Positions 15,257 through 24,629 of a stretch of DNA of 41,983 nucleotides are shown here, piece by piece. The stretch's first letter is position 1, and each line of letters opens with the position of its first letter. The notes below the pieces were generated by a model. The model was not told where the DNA came from and searched no databases. It worked only from the letters and a program-made list of their open reading frames with translations. The position numbers and the translations under genes are program-made. The DNA comes from Candidatus Nanoarchaeia archaeon (GTDB lineage Archaea; Nanobdellota; Nanobdellia; Pacearchaeales; GW2011-AR1), in NCBI GenBank assembly GCA_035282925.1, contig DATEUW010000026.1:1-41983 (forward strand). The letters are read 5' to 3'.

Positions 15257-16447
15257 TTATCTTCTTCTGTGAAAGCCTTCTCCCTGCCAGTTGATGAATG
15301 GCTTCAGATGGTTGATTATTTTTATTGATTCCTTCTGCATTTCCAAAACCCTGTAAATATTTTTATAAGCCTCTGGAGCCTCATCGAGAGAAGCCAGGGA
15401 AAAATTTCCGATGACATTCGCTGCTTCCATCTCTCTCTTAAAAGAATCCAAAGGTATTTTTTCCTTAGCCTGTCTTCTGCTCATTGCCCTGCCTGCTCCA
15501 TGGGACGAGCTTGAAATGAATTCCTTGTTTCCTTTTCCCTCAACTAAAAAAGAGCCATCCCTCATGTTTGCCGGTATGATTCCTCTTTCTCCTTTTTTTG
15601 CAGGAGTCGCGCCTTTTCTGTGGATGAACAAACCATTTTCTTTCAGGGCATGGTTATGATTTTTATTTGCCCATATAGTTGATTTCACTTTTTTGCCCAA
15701 TACCTCTTCAATTGCAATCATTGTCTGCCTAATCATTTCCAATCTGTTGAGCTTTGCAAATTCCAGGCAAAAATCAAGAAGATTTTGATATTCTTTGCCT
15801 TCCTGCGAGTTTTCCTGCAGGGGATATGTTGCCTCGAATTCTCTTTCTTTTCCAGAAGATTTTTTCATGTACAGAGTAGCAATCCAATACCCGACTGCCC
15901 TGGAACCTGAATGTACAACAATCCATGGAGTCCCTGAATCATCTGAATTCAGCGAGATGAAATGGTTTCCATGCCCGAGGCTGCCAAGGTTTCTCTGTTT
16001 TCCGGATTCGAGAAATTGCAGGACTTTTTTGTCATAAGGGCCTTTTTTGAATTTCAACAGGATTTTTTTGTATTCTTTCATGGTCTCTGCTGTCAGCTCT
16101 TCTTCTGAACTGTGGATTGCGCCAAGACCCATCGGAACCCTTTTCTTTACCTGCTCATAAATAAGACGGGCTTTTTCCCTAAGTTCTTTAAGAATGTTTT
16201 TTGGGAGCTTTGCAGCGGTCATTCCGCAGCCAATGTCATAGCCAACCCATGCTGGAACCAGGACTCCGCGGGTTGCGAGAACAGCCCCAATAGGTGCAAC
16301 ATAGCCAACGTGCGCGTCAGGCATTAGCGAAGCTTTGACAACATAGGGCTCAGAGTAGCAGTTCCTGAACTGCTCCATTGTTTTTTCTTCCATGTCAAGT
16401 GCGAAATTGGTTATCTGTTTCTTTGCTATTGTATTTTCATTTGCCAT
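15257..16447 (-). CDS. rtcB: RtcB-family RNA 3'-phosphate ligase (tRNA-splicing ligase)
   Basis: MPDAHVGYVAPIGAV, VGYDIGCGM, GSLGHGNHFISL, VHSGSRAVG, NHNHA and SSSHGAGR are the metal/GMP-binding signature blocks of RtcB. Confidence 0.9.
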   Translation of the reverse strand: MANENTIAKKQITNFALDMEEKTMEQFRNCYSEPYVVKASLMPDAHVGYVAPIGAVLATRGVLVPAWVGYDIGCGMTAAKLPKNILKELREKARLIYEQVKKRVPMGLGAIHSSEEELTAETMKEYKKILLKFKKGPYDKKVLQFLESGKQRNLGSLGHGNHFISLNSDDSGTPWIVVHSGSRAVGYWIATLYMKKSSGKEREFEATYPLQENSQEGKEYQNLLDFCLEFAKLNRLEMIRQTMIAIEEVLGKKVKSTIWANKNHNHALKENGLFIHRKGATPAKKGERGIIPANMRDGSFLVEGKGNKEFISSSSHGAGRAMSRRQAKEKIPLDSFKREMEAANVIGNFSLASLDEAPEAYKNIYRVLEMQKESIKIINHLKPFINWQGEGFHRRR

Positions 16448-16461
16448 GATTTATCAAAGGC

Positions 16462-16491
16462 GCTGAACTTTAAGAAATTTGTGGGTTCAGC
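16462..16491. repeat. 7-bp perfect inverted repeat GCTGAAC-N16-GTTCAGC in the divergent rtcB / protease promoter region
   Basis: GCTGAAC at 16462-16468 and GTTCAGC at 16485-16491 are read directly. The repeat lies between the rtcB ATG (16447) and the ATG at 16534. Confidence 0.5.
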
Positions 16492-16533
16492 AAAATTTTT
16501 AAATATCTCTGTGGCTTAAATATAATCAATAAA

Positions 16534-18720
16534 ATGGCTGAAAATGGTTTGGTATCTAAATTAAGAAAAGTTGCACTTGTTGGTGCGCTGTCTGTTTTGA
16601 GTTTGATAGAATATATCCCTGCAAAAGCACAGATTAATGCAAATGCAGCAAGCCTTTCCCAGACAGTGGCTTTGGCTGACTGCCTTGATGAACCGAAATA
16701 TGTCTGTGTCGATTACAATGCAACACTTACAGATGTCGATAGTGCAACAAGAATAATCAACAAAATCAAAAACAGCGGGGTAAAACAGCTCATTTCTAAC
16801 AAAACAATCACAGTTCCGCCAAACCCATACCATGAAGTCCTAAGCATGAACAAAGGAAGATATGAGTTTAAATTAAAATCCCCAGATGCAACCACTAGTA
16901 AAGTAAATGCAAATGTTCCAAATTATGCCCCAACAGCTAATTTCAGTTCTCTGGAAACAAGAATCGAGAAAGACGCGTCAGAAACCTATAACCTGTGTGG
17001 GCCTATTTTTGACAGAAACAGTGAAGACAATCCTGTGCCTATTGTAAAAGCTAAACCGCTCACAGGAAATATAACAACCACTTTATCAGGCTGTAACCTG
17101 ACCGTAAATGCAACAGGAGAGCCAGGACCTTATCAGGTTAATGTCAATTTCGGAGTCAAGAAACCAAGGAGGCCATTACCCAGTGCAATTCTTGCAGGAG
17201 AGATAATTGCTACAGTTCCACCGAGTGTTTTCCAGACAGTGTCTTTAGTCAGGGATGTTGATATAGATTATAAAGCCACACTTACAAATGTTCCTTCTGC
17301 AACAAGAACAATTACACATAATGGAAATTCATTTGGTAGCCCAACAACAATTACAACTTCACCTTATACTGAAATGTTTGATGATATGCGGAAAGGAAAT
17401 TATTCTTTTAGATTAGAAGCTTCAGGAGCAACGCCAGACATAGTATCAATAGGAGTTCCAAATTACCTTCCAAAAGCGGACTTTGGTTCTTTGGATACAA
17501 ATTTTAATGATAATGAGGATTCATCAAAAACATTCAATTTAGAATCACTTCTTTCCGACAGAAACCCTGAAGACAGACCTGTTCCTCTTATCAGCGCAAC
17601 AACTCTTAGCGGAGATGTATCAACTAGCATAAGCGGTTCTAATCTGACGATAACTGCAACAGGAGAACCTGGACCTTATCAAGTTGAGGTTAATTTTGGA
17701 AGCGATTCAGGAGGACTTGCTAGTGAGATCATTCAGGGAGATGTATTTGACCTTGTGCATCTTATAGGACAATTGCAAGATGCTAGAACAAACACATTAG
17801 AACTTAAAACAAGTGAATCTGGAATAATACATGTTTATAATGCAGCAGACAACACTTTTTTAAAAGAATACCTAACTGACCCCCAGGGAAATTTTGATTT
17901 TAAATTAGACCAGCCAGGAATTTCAGAAATATTCTTACAGGCAAGAATTGTTGCAGAAATACCAATTGGAATAAATGATGGTTTTGTTAGAACAATAAAA
18001 CTTCCAGGAAGAGATACAAAAGATATTTTAGTAAGAGTATACCCTTATAATGAAGTTCTTTCTGCTGCTGAAATAAATAGGGCTAATTTCAGGAAACATC
18101 TTGAAGAGATTAATCCTCTTCTCTTAAAATCAAAAGTTGAAAGCATTGAAATAATAGATGTTGACCCTTTAGGTAGAGGAAGTTTCACTCCCGAATTCAT
18201 GGAATTGATAAAAAATAAAATTTTAGACCCAAATGATATTGGATGTTATGTTGATCCTGTGGAAAGAGGGGGAATACCATTAAATGTCCAGATAGATAAT
18301 CCCGATTCAATAAAACACTATCATATAGAAGGAAATGAAATAATTCCTGATAAAGGTTGGGGAATTTTTGTCAGGGATACAACTATCCAAGGTGCTAATG
18401 CAAGAACCTTTAATGAATATATGTTTAGAATTGCAACAAGACCTGAAACTGAAGCAGTAGCAGCACATGAATTTGGTCACGCATTTATAGCTCCACATAA
18501 TCATGCATTAACACTTTTTGCAGGAACCCAAACAATAATGAGGGCTGATGCAGCTGGCAGATCAACGCCTGGTCCTGGCGATTGTGAAGCAGCAAAAATT
18601 ATATATGAAGCAACATATGAACTTCAAGGAGAGGAAGGAATTAGAATAGAACCGTATGATAATATTCTTGGCTTAGACTTTTGTATTCGTGGTGTGGAAT
18701 TTTGTCCTAAAAAAAAATAA
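16534..18720 (+). CDS. Secreted multidomain protein with a tandemly duplicated module of about 150 aa and a C-terminal metzincin-like zinc protease motif
   Basis: Sec-type signal LRKVALVGALSVLSLIEYIPAKAQ. Repeat A (aa 58-207, nt 16705-17154) and repeat B (aa 243-389, nt 17260-17700) share D-Y-x-ATLT-V-SATR...VPNY-P-A-F-SL...DRN-ED-PVP...ATGEPGPYQV-VNFG. Near the C-terminus is AAHEFGHAFIAPH (HExxHxxxxxH spacing; HEFGH at nt 18465-18479) followed by TIMRAD. Confidence 0.7.
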   Translation: MAENGLVSKLRKVALVGALSVLSLIEYIPAKAQINANAASLSQTVALADCLDEPKYVCVDYNATLTDVDSATRIINKIKNSGVKQLISNKTITVPPNPYHEVLSMNKGRYEFKLKSPDATTSKVNANVPNYAPTANFSSLETRIEKDASETYNLCGPIFDRNSEDNPVPIVKAKPLTGNITTTLSGCNLTVNATGEPGPYQVNVNFGVKKPRRPLPSAILAGEIIATVPPSVFQTVSLVRDVDIDYKATLTNVPSATRTITHNGNSFGSPTTITTSPYTEMFDDMRKGNYSFRLEASGATPDIVSIGVPNYLPKADFGSLDTNFNDNEDSSKTFNLESLLSDRNPEDRPVPLISATTLSGDVSTSISGSNLTITATGEPGPYQVEVNFGSDSGGLASEIIQGDVFDLVHLIGQLQDARTNTLELKTSESGIIHVYNAADNTFLKEYLTDPQGNFDFKLDQPGISEIFLQARIVAEIPIGINDGFVRTIKLPGRDTKDILVRVYPYNEVLSAAEINRANFRKHLEEINPLLLKSKVESIEIIDVDPLGRGSFTPEFMELIKNKILDPNDIGCYVDPVERGGIPLNVQIDNPDSIKHYHIEGNEIIPDKGWGIFVRDTTIQGANARTFNEYMFRIATRPETEAVAAHEFGHAFIAPHNHALTLFAGTQTIMRADAAGRSTPGPGDCEAAKIIYEATYELQGEEGIRIEPYDNILGLDFCIRGVEFCPKKK

Positions 18721-18935
18721 GGAAAAAATGACACTTCGGAAGAAATTTAAATAAAGTCATAGGTCATGTTGTTAGTCTTTATGGCGTTCTGGTAAATCTT
18801 GTTGGTGTTCTGACATACGCGCCAGTCGTAAACCCAGGCAACATTGCACCAGACACCAATCCGTAACCATATAGTCGTGGATAGATAATAAGAATATTTA
18901 TAAAAGATATCTGATTAATAAATGGTATCAGAAAA

Positions 18936-21161
18936 ATGGGGTTGAAAGAGGGTTGGGAGGACAAGGAATTTTTAGTTTCAATAACATTGCTATTTTCAGT
19001 GGTTTTTCTGGCAGTTGTTTTCAGTTCGGGATTCGGTCGGGCAGTAATAGTACAGGATGGTTATTGTGATCCTGACAATTGTCCGCCGCCGAATGACTAC
19101 TGCGGAGATGACATCTGTGACCCTGCAGAAGAAAATGCCACAACCTGTGCTTATGATTGCGGACCGCCACCTCCAACATGTGGAAATGGGGCTCTGGAAA
19201 CTGGCGAGCAATGCGATGGGAACAGTCTTGGAGGGCAGACATGCTCTGGACTTGGATTTGTCGCAGGGACATTAAGCTGCACAGATTCATGCACATTTGA
19301 TACAAGTGCCTGCTTCGATTTCAGTAATCCTATAGGAAATCACACAGCATCAACATGCACAGTAACAACTGGCTGGACGTGCGATGCTAATGATTTCACC
19401 AAAACACTGAATGCAGAAATTTACAGGGATGGACAAAAAGGAAGCGGCGGCGTTCTTTTGGGAACAGCAACTGCAAACCAAAATGGAGGCCAGGCAGTTG
19501 CCGACCAATGCGGCGGAGATGCAAATCATGCTTTCACATTCAACATGCCAAATCTTAATGATAGTACAAATCATTCAATCTATGCTTATGGTGTTGATCC
19601 TGCAGGTTTTAAATTTCAATCAAGAGACAATCCTGCTTCTTTATCGAATGATGGTAGCGTAGGCAACTTGGCTTGGAATAACTCAAACAATGCACAAAAT
19701 TCAGATGATGTTTATGCAGCAGCCAAAACCCGAAACCAGGTCAACGGACAGACATCTAACTATCTGAAAGCAACAGGATTCGGTTTTTCAATCCCCAGTA
19801 CTGCAACAATTAAGGGCATTGTAGTCGAATACGAGGCTGATAGAGACCCAAACAGTGTAAAGAGAGCTAAGTTCAGAGGCATAAGAATAGTAAGGGGCGG
19901 AGGAATTTCCGGCACTGACCATGGAGACAATAGCTGGGTTGTAAAAGCACCTGATGTATACAGGGCTTTTGGCGGCGCGACGGATTTATGGAATGTAACA
20001 CTTACTCCTGCAGATGTCAATGCCGCAGGTTTTGGCTTCGTTCTCTCTGTCTTTGTGAAAAGCTCTGATGGCAGTTCTCAGGGGGTCAGGCTCGACCATG
20101 TGCGGGTTACTGTGTACTACACCGAACCGGTCGGTACTCTTCTTCAAAATTCACCAAAAACAATCAACTGCGCAGCGCCCATCGAGTGCGGAAATGGAAA
20201 TATTGATGCAGGTGAACAATGCGATGACGGAAATCTCAACGGCCAAACATGCCAGTCACAGGGTTTCGGAGGAGGAACACTTGGCTGCACGAGCTTATGC
20301 ACTTTTGATACAAGCCAGTGCATACCTGGATGCGTTTTAAACTCTGCCAAGTGGAGTGTTGATCAAACTGTCAAAGGCAATGTAGTTGATTTGGAGGTCA
20401 CAACTACACATTGTGAGAATGAAACGCTGTCTTTTGAGGTTAAGGAAAGAGATACTCTTAACGCAGATGACCCCGTAACAACAAATCCCCCAAATGTTTT
20501 TATTGCTCTTGACGGAGGGATAACTCTCAGCAACTGGACTGCGGAATGGCAGAGCGAGGGATGGCCTGAATCAGATCCCCCTGAATATTACTTTAAGGCA
20601 ACACTTGTAAGCACAGGAGAAAATATACAAAGTTCTTCCCCTGACCTAGAGGTTTTACAGCAAGCTCCTCAACTATGTGAGAATGTTGTGACTTGTGCAG
20701 GCTATACAAACCAGGTAGATTGCGAAGATGATATTTGCTCTGTGGCAGCAAATAGTGTAGCTAATTGCAATGATCCTAACGAAACACCTTTCTGTTCATG
20801 GAATAACAACACAAACGTCTGCGGGGGAGCGTGTAGAGTAGAAGACAATGGCACGAATGTGGGAACCTGTTTTTACACAGAAGAAACCACAGACACATGC
20901 GAAGATGACGGCTATTTAACAGTTAATTTGAATGCAACATGGATATGGGATCCTGAATGCTATGCTGATCCTGACTGCCAAGCAGAGAACCAAGACGAAG
21001 CAGCAGCATGCCAGTCAACAACAGAAGTTTTGCAGTGTCCTGCGCAGATACCGTTGCCTTTCTTTGGGGTTTACAATTTCCTTGCTGCGCTTGTTTTGAT
21101 TGCAGCCATTTATTGGGCAATCAGCATGAGAAGGCAGAAGAAGAGAGCAAGAAAAAGGTGA
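18936..21161 (+). CDS. Large cysteine-rich surface protein with two CGNG-x-GEQCD disulfide repeats and a C-terminal TM anchor with a poly-basic tail
   Basis: N-terminal hydrophobic segment FLVSITLLFSVVFLAVVFSSGFG. Repeats CGNGALETGEQCDGNSLGGQTCSGLGFVAGTLSCTDSCTFDTSAC (nt 19179-19313) and CGNGNIDAGEQCDDGNLNGQTCQSQGFGGGTLGCTSLCTFDTSQC (nt 20187-20321) resemble the Myxococcus-type cysteine-rich repeat. There are many N-x-S/T sequons. The C-terminus is PLPFFGVYNFLAALVLIAAIYWAISMRRQKKRARKR. Confidence 0.7.
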   Translation: MGLKEGWEDKEFLVSITLLFSVVFLAVVFSSGFGRAVIVQDGYCDPDNCPPPNDYCGDDICDPAEENATTCAYDCGPPPPTCGNGALETGEQCDGNSLGGQTCSGLGFVAGTLSCTDSCTFDTSACFDFSNPIGNHTASTCTVTTGWTCDANDFTKTLNAEIYRDGQKGSGGVLLGTATANQNGGQAVADQCGGDANHAFTFNMPNLNDSTNHSIYAYGVDPAGFKFQSRDNPASLSNDGSVGNLAWNNSNNAQNSDDVYAAAKTRNQVNGQTSNYLKATGFGFSIPSTATIKGIVVEYEADRDPNSVKRAKFRGIRIVRGGGISGTDHGDNSWVVKAPDVYRAFGGATDLWNVTLTPADVNAAGFGFVLSVFVKSSDGSSQGVRLDHVRVTVYYTEPVGTLLQNSPKTINCAAPIECGNGNIDAGEQCDDGNLNGQTCQSQGFGGGTLGCTSLCTFDTSQCIPGCVLNSAKWSVDQTVKGNVVDLEVTTTHCENETLSFEVKERDTLNADDPVTTNPPNVFIALDGGITLSNWTAEWQSEGWPESDPPEYYFKATLVSTGENIQSSSPDLEVLQQAPQLCENVVTCAGYTNQVDCEDDICSVAANSVANCNDPNETPFCSWNNNTNVCGGACRVEDNGTNVGTCFYTEETTDTCEDDGYLTVNLNATWIWDPECYADPDCQAENQDEAAACQSTTEVLQCPAQIPLPFFGVYNFLAALVLIAAIYWAISMRRQKKRARKR

Positions 21162-21274
21162 GTTATTTTTTATATACAAAAACCATTTAAGTTTTACCAT
21201 AATAAATTTCTGTTAAATCCAAAACACCATAAACAAATTTATAAAGTATTCTCGCTATTTTACAGGATAAAAAG

Positions 21275-23938
21275 ATGGTTGGTAAAAAGAGGCTTTTTGA
21301 GAAGAAAAATTTTAATATGGAGAAGTTAAAGTTTGGGTTTTTTACATTAGCATTTTCTATTTTTATTTTAACATTTTTGATTTCATTAGCCTCTGCCAGC
21401 TTCAGCGTGGGAAATCCGAAGCACGGCCTGGAGACTGTCTACGGGCCTTCTGAGAATGTCACGGGCTGGATAAACATCAGCTTTTCCTCAGAGCCTGTGA
21501 ATTCTGTTTTCAGCGATTCAAGGGATCACAAAATAAATCTCTCAGGTATATTGGGAAAAAATACAATATCTTATTCATGCAGCCCTGTTGATTGCAGGGA
21601 TGGCTACACGGCAAGCAATCCGAGCCAGACAAAAACAATAACACTTGATTCCGGAGATTCAAAAATTTACGGTGTTAAGCTAACGGGAAATGTCTTCGCA
21701 ATAAATTCCTTCGATTTTACGCTTGAAAGCACTGCTGGAGCTTCATGCACAAACCAGGTTGAAATTGATTTACTGGATGACTCTGTTCTCGATGAAAGAA
21801 ACAGAAATTCCACAGAACAAAGCTGCACCAGCCTGAAAGATTACGGATGTTTCAATGCTGGAAATCAGAACATTGAAGAATTTTCTGTGGGGACGACGCC
21901 TTACTGCGAAAAGGTTGATTTTTCAAGCTCCCCTGGATTTCTTATAGGAGCGTGGCTCAAAAATGTCAGCGGTTCAAGGACAGTAAAAGCCTATGTCTAT
22001 GACACTGATGGAGTAGAGATCGGAAATTGCATTCTTCCAAATCCCTCTTCATCAGGAGGAGAAATTTCCTGTAATGTTAGTTATTCTGTTACTTCGCCGA
22101 AAGATGGCTATGTCTGCATTTCTTCAACGAGCGGCTCGGGAGAATATAATATAAGAGGTTATGGAATAGAAAACGGCTGCGGATTCCATGCAACACCTGT
22201 TCAGCCTCCAATTGCAGCCTACCAGATTTTTGCACAGGGAAAAAGCTTCGGTTCTGTTGGAACAATGAAAATAAACAAGTCAATCAGCGATGGGAGAACT
22301 TTCGCAGAACTTGCGGAGGAGTATGTAAGAGAAAAATACGGGAGCCTGAATTGTTCCTCATCTTCCGGCTGCGTAATCCCTGTAAAAATAATATCCAATG
22401 CAAACCAGGATATAACTCTGAAAAACCTGGAGGTCAAATATGACAAATCCATCGGTGAAACTACAGAGAGCAATTTCCAGGATGTGCAGAAAACCCCTGC
22501 AAAAGCCACATCCTCTGGTTTTGGGAAACTTTACCTGGATGGCTCTGGATTTTCTGTTCCTTCAAATCTTGGAAATTATTCCTTCTCTCTCAAACTTAAC
22601 AGCCAGAGCGTTGTTTCCCAAAGCATGGAAGTCAAAAATGTTCCGATAATAACATCTGTAACTCCTGTGAAAACAGCAACTGCATTTCCGACAGAGTTCG
22701 CAGCCACTGTTACTTCTCAATACAATTTAACAGGATTTTCCTGGAATTTTGGTGATGGAAGTCCTGAAATAACAACTGTGGGAAAAAAGGCAAGCCATGC
22801 CTACATCACAATCGGAACTTACAATCTTGTTGTGAGAGCCACAGACCAAAGGGGTCTCACAGGTTCAAAGACCTTCACGGTAAATGTCAGCTCTCCGAGA
22901 GAACTGATAAATTCCAGCCTTTATGACATGGAAAGGGATCTTTCAAATCTTGAAAAAGAGATTTTGACCCTTTCGCCATTTTACCAAGATGCCCTGAATT
23001 TTTCCTTAAATCTGAATAATCTAAAGAAAAAAGTTGTTTCTCTAAAAGCAGCTTATCAAAACGCGAGCTCTGAGGCAGAATACAATGCGATAGTGACAGA
23101 ACTGGTAAGATTAAAGATTCCAGAAGGAATAGCAAAGAGCAGGAGCGCGGAAAGTCTTCCTTTGTTCTCTGGCCCAGATTACGTGAACCTTCCTGTCCTT
23201 AAGGAAATAGCTGGCGGAAACTACAGCTCTGCAAATGAGGATGGTTACATAAACGGGGTTTTATTATGGCAACAGGAAAACCTTGATGTTGATCTGGATT
23301 TCAACGAATTTTCCGGCAGATATACCGGCTATGTGGAGCCGATAGCAAGAATCTTTGAAATAAAGATTGATGAAAAAAAAGATATTTCTTATGATTATTA
23401 CCTTGTTTTTCCCGAGCTGGAAGGATTCAAGACAGATACGAAGTTCAGCGTGGAATCTGGCTATGTGTACATCAACCTTAAAGATGACAGCTCTATCTCT
23501 TTTTCAACAACAGAAGATGTTGATTTCACAAACCTTCCGGCATTCATATCTCCTGCACTGAGCAGGATAACTGTCGTGGAAGAAGCTCCTCCTGAAGAAA
23601 AGCCCAGATGGACGATTTTCATCCTCATAGTTTCCCTGCTCCTTGTTATAGGTGTCGTAGGATACATAATAATGCAGGAGTGGTACAAGAGAAAATATGA
23701 GAACTACCTTTTCAAGAATAGGAACGACCTTTATAACATGATAAATTACGTGAACAATGCAAAGAAAAAGGGGCTGAAGGACAGCCATATAGAGGAAAAC
23801 CTGAAAAAAGCAGGATGGAGTCCTGAGAGGATAAAATATGTGATGAAAAAATATGCCGGAAAAAGGACAGGAATGCTGGAAATCCCGATAACAAAGCTGG
23901 CGGAAAAGGCCGGAGGAAAACCTAAGAATCAAAAATGA
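21275..23938 (+). CDS. Large type I membrane surface protein with a PKD domain and a small cytoplasmic helical tail domain
   Basis: Signal/anchor FGFFTLAFSIFILTFLISLASA. PKD domain at nt 22640-22888 (FSWNFGDGSPE...HAY...GTYNLVVRATDQRGLTGSKTFTVNV). TM helix WTIFILIVSLLLVIGVVGYIIM, then a tail of about 90 aa (YVNNAKKKGLKDSHIEENLKKAGWSPERIKYVMKKY). Confidence 0.7.
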   Translation: MVGKKRLFEKKNFNMEKLKFGFFTLAFSIFILTFLISLASASFSVGNPKHGLETVYGPSENVTGWINISFSSEPVNSVFSDSRDHKINLSGILGKNTISYSCSPVDCRDGYTASNPSQTKTITLDSGDSKIYGVKLTGNVFAINSFDFTLESTAGASCTNQVEIDLLDDSVLDERNRNSTEQSCTSLKDYGCFNAGNQNIEEFSVGTTPYCEKVDFSSSPGFLIGAWLKNVSGSRTVKAYVYDTDGVEIGNCILPNPSSSGGEISCNVSYSVTSPKDGYVCISSTSGSGEYNIRGYGIENGCGFHATPVQPPIAAYQIFAQGKSFGSVGTMKINKSISDGRTFAELAEEYVREKYGSLNCSSSSGCVIPVKIISNANQDITLKNLEVKYDKSIGETTESNFQDVQKTPAKATSSGFGKLYLDGSGFSVPSNLGNYSFSLKLNSQSVVSQSMEVKNVPIITSVTPVKTATAFPTEFAATVTSQYNLTGFSWNFGDGSPEITTVGKKASHAYITIGTYNLVVRATDQRGLTGSKTFTVNVSSPRELINSSLYDMERDLSNLEKEILTLSPFYQDALNFSLNLNNLKKKVVSLKAAYQNASSEAEYNAIVTELVRLKIPEGIAKSRSAESLPLFSGPDYVNLPVLKEIAGGNYSSANEDGYINGVLLWQQENLDVDLDFNEFSGRYTGYVEPIARIFEIKIDEKKDISYDYYLVFPELEGFKTDTKFSVESGYVYINLKDDSSISFSTTEDVDFTNLPAFISPALSRITVVEEAPPEEKPRWTIFILIVSLLLVIGVVGYIIMQEWYKRKYENYLFKNRNDLYNMINYVNNAKKKGLKDSHIEENLKKAGWSPERIKYVMKKYAGKRTGMLEIPITKLAEKAGGKPKNQK

Positions 23939-23987
23939 GTTACGAAATCACGGAAAATTTAATAAACCTTTTTGACAAACCCTTAAC

Positions 23988-24629
23988 ATGGTTGTGAATG
24001 CTTTTAAGAATTTTTTCAGGAGAGTATTTTCCAGTATTTTCAGGGGCAAGAGAGAGCTCAAGCTCGGCTTCTACGGACCCCCGAATGCAGGAAAGACGAG
24101 CCTGGCTAACAGGATCTGCAAGGACTTCACAGGAGAAGAGATAGGGGTGGTGAGCAAGATTCCCCATGAAACCAGGACTGTTCAGTTCAAGGAGAAGGTG
24201 CAGATAGACTACAAGGGAAAGAAAATGACGTTTAAAATAATAGACACTCCTGGAATTACGACAAAAATAGATTATGAGGATTTCCTCAAATACAAGATGA
24301 AGAAGAAAGAGGCGAAGCAGAGGGCAAAGGAAGCAACGCAGGGGGTTGTCGAGAGCATAAAATGGCTCGATGACATGGATGTCGTTGTGATTGTCCTGGA
24401 TGCTACAGAGAATCCCTACAACCAGGTGAATCTCACGATAATAGGAAACCTGGTGGCAAGAAAGATTCCTGTCCTGATAGTCGCCAATAAAATTGATCTG
24501 AGAAGATCCAGCATCAAGAAGATAGAATCCGCATTCCCGGAATACGAGGTCATAGGCATAAGCGCAAAATATGGAAAAAACCTGGAGGAGTTTTATGAGT
24601 CAATATTCAAACTTGCAAGAGAGGTCTAA
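23988..24629 (+). CDS. Small GTP-binding protein (TRAFAC-class GTPase)
   Basis: G1 GPPNAGKTS, G2 ETRT, G3 DTPG, G4 NKID, G5 SAK. AATTTAATAAAC sits about 25 nt upstream of the ATG. It is followed by DUF2073-like and Zn-ribbon genes; from memory this is the archaeal origin-adjacent oapA-oapB-oapC arrangement. Confidence 0.8.
   Translation: MVVNAFKNFFRRVFSSIFRGKRELKLGFYGPPNAGKTSLANRICKDFTGEEIGVVSKIPHETRTVQFKEKVQIDYKGKKMTFKIIDTPGITTKIDYEDFLKYKMKKKEAKQRAKEATQGVVESIKWLDDMDVVVIVLDATENPYNQVNLTIIGNLVARKIPVLIVANKIDLRRSSIKKIESAFPEYEVIGISAKYGKNLEEFYESIFKLAREV

Noticed and set aside
18721-18935. A 215-nt spacer with a somewhat GC-richer core (18781-18880) and a possible stem (GGTGTTCTG / CAGACACC). It also holds a 61-aa minus ORF (18779-18964) and an ATG-less hydrophobic + frame (VIGHVVSLYGVLVNLVGVLTYAPVV...).
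   Set aside because: I could build no tRNA, C/D-box or other recognisable RNA fold. The + frame has no start codon, and the minus ORF overlaps the next gene's start. It is possibly a decayed gene remnant or a 5' UTR, but this is not supportable from sequence alone.
19179-20321. The two 135-nt CGNG cysteine repeats in the 18936 gene, and the duplicated modules in the 16534 gene, as a possible diversity-generating retroelement VR/TR pair.
   Set aside because: The copies are only roughly two-thirds identical, with substitutions of all types rather than adenine-specific ones. Both copies are coding. No reverse transcriptase or noncoding template repeat is present in the window.
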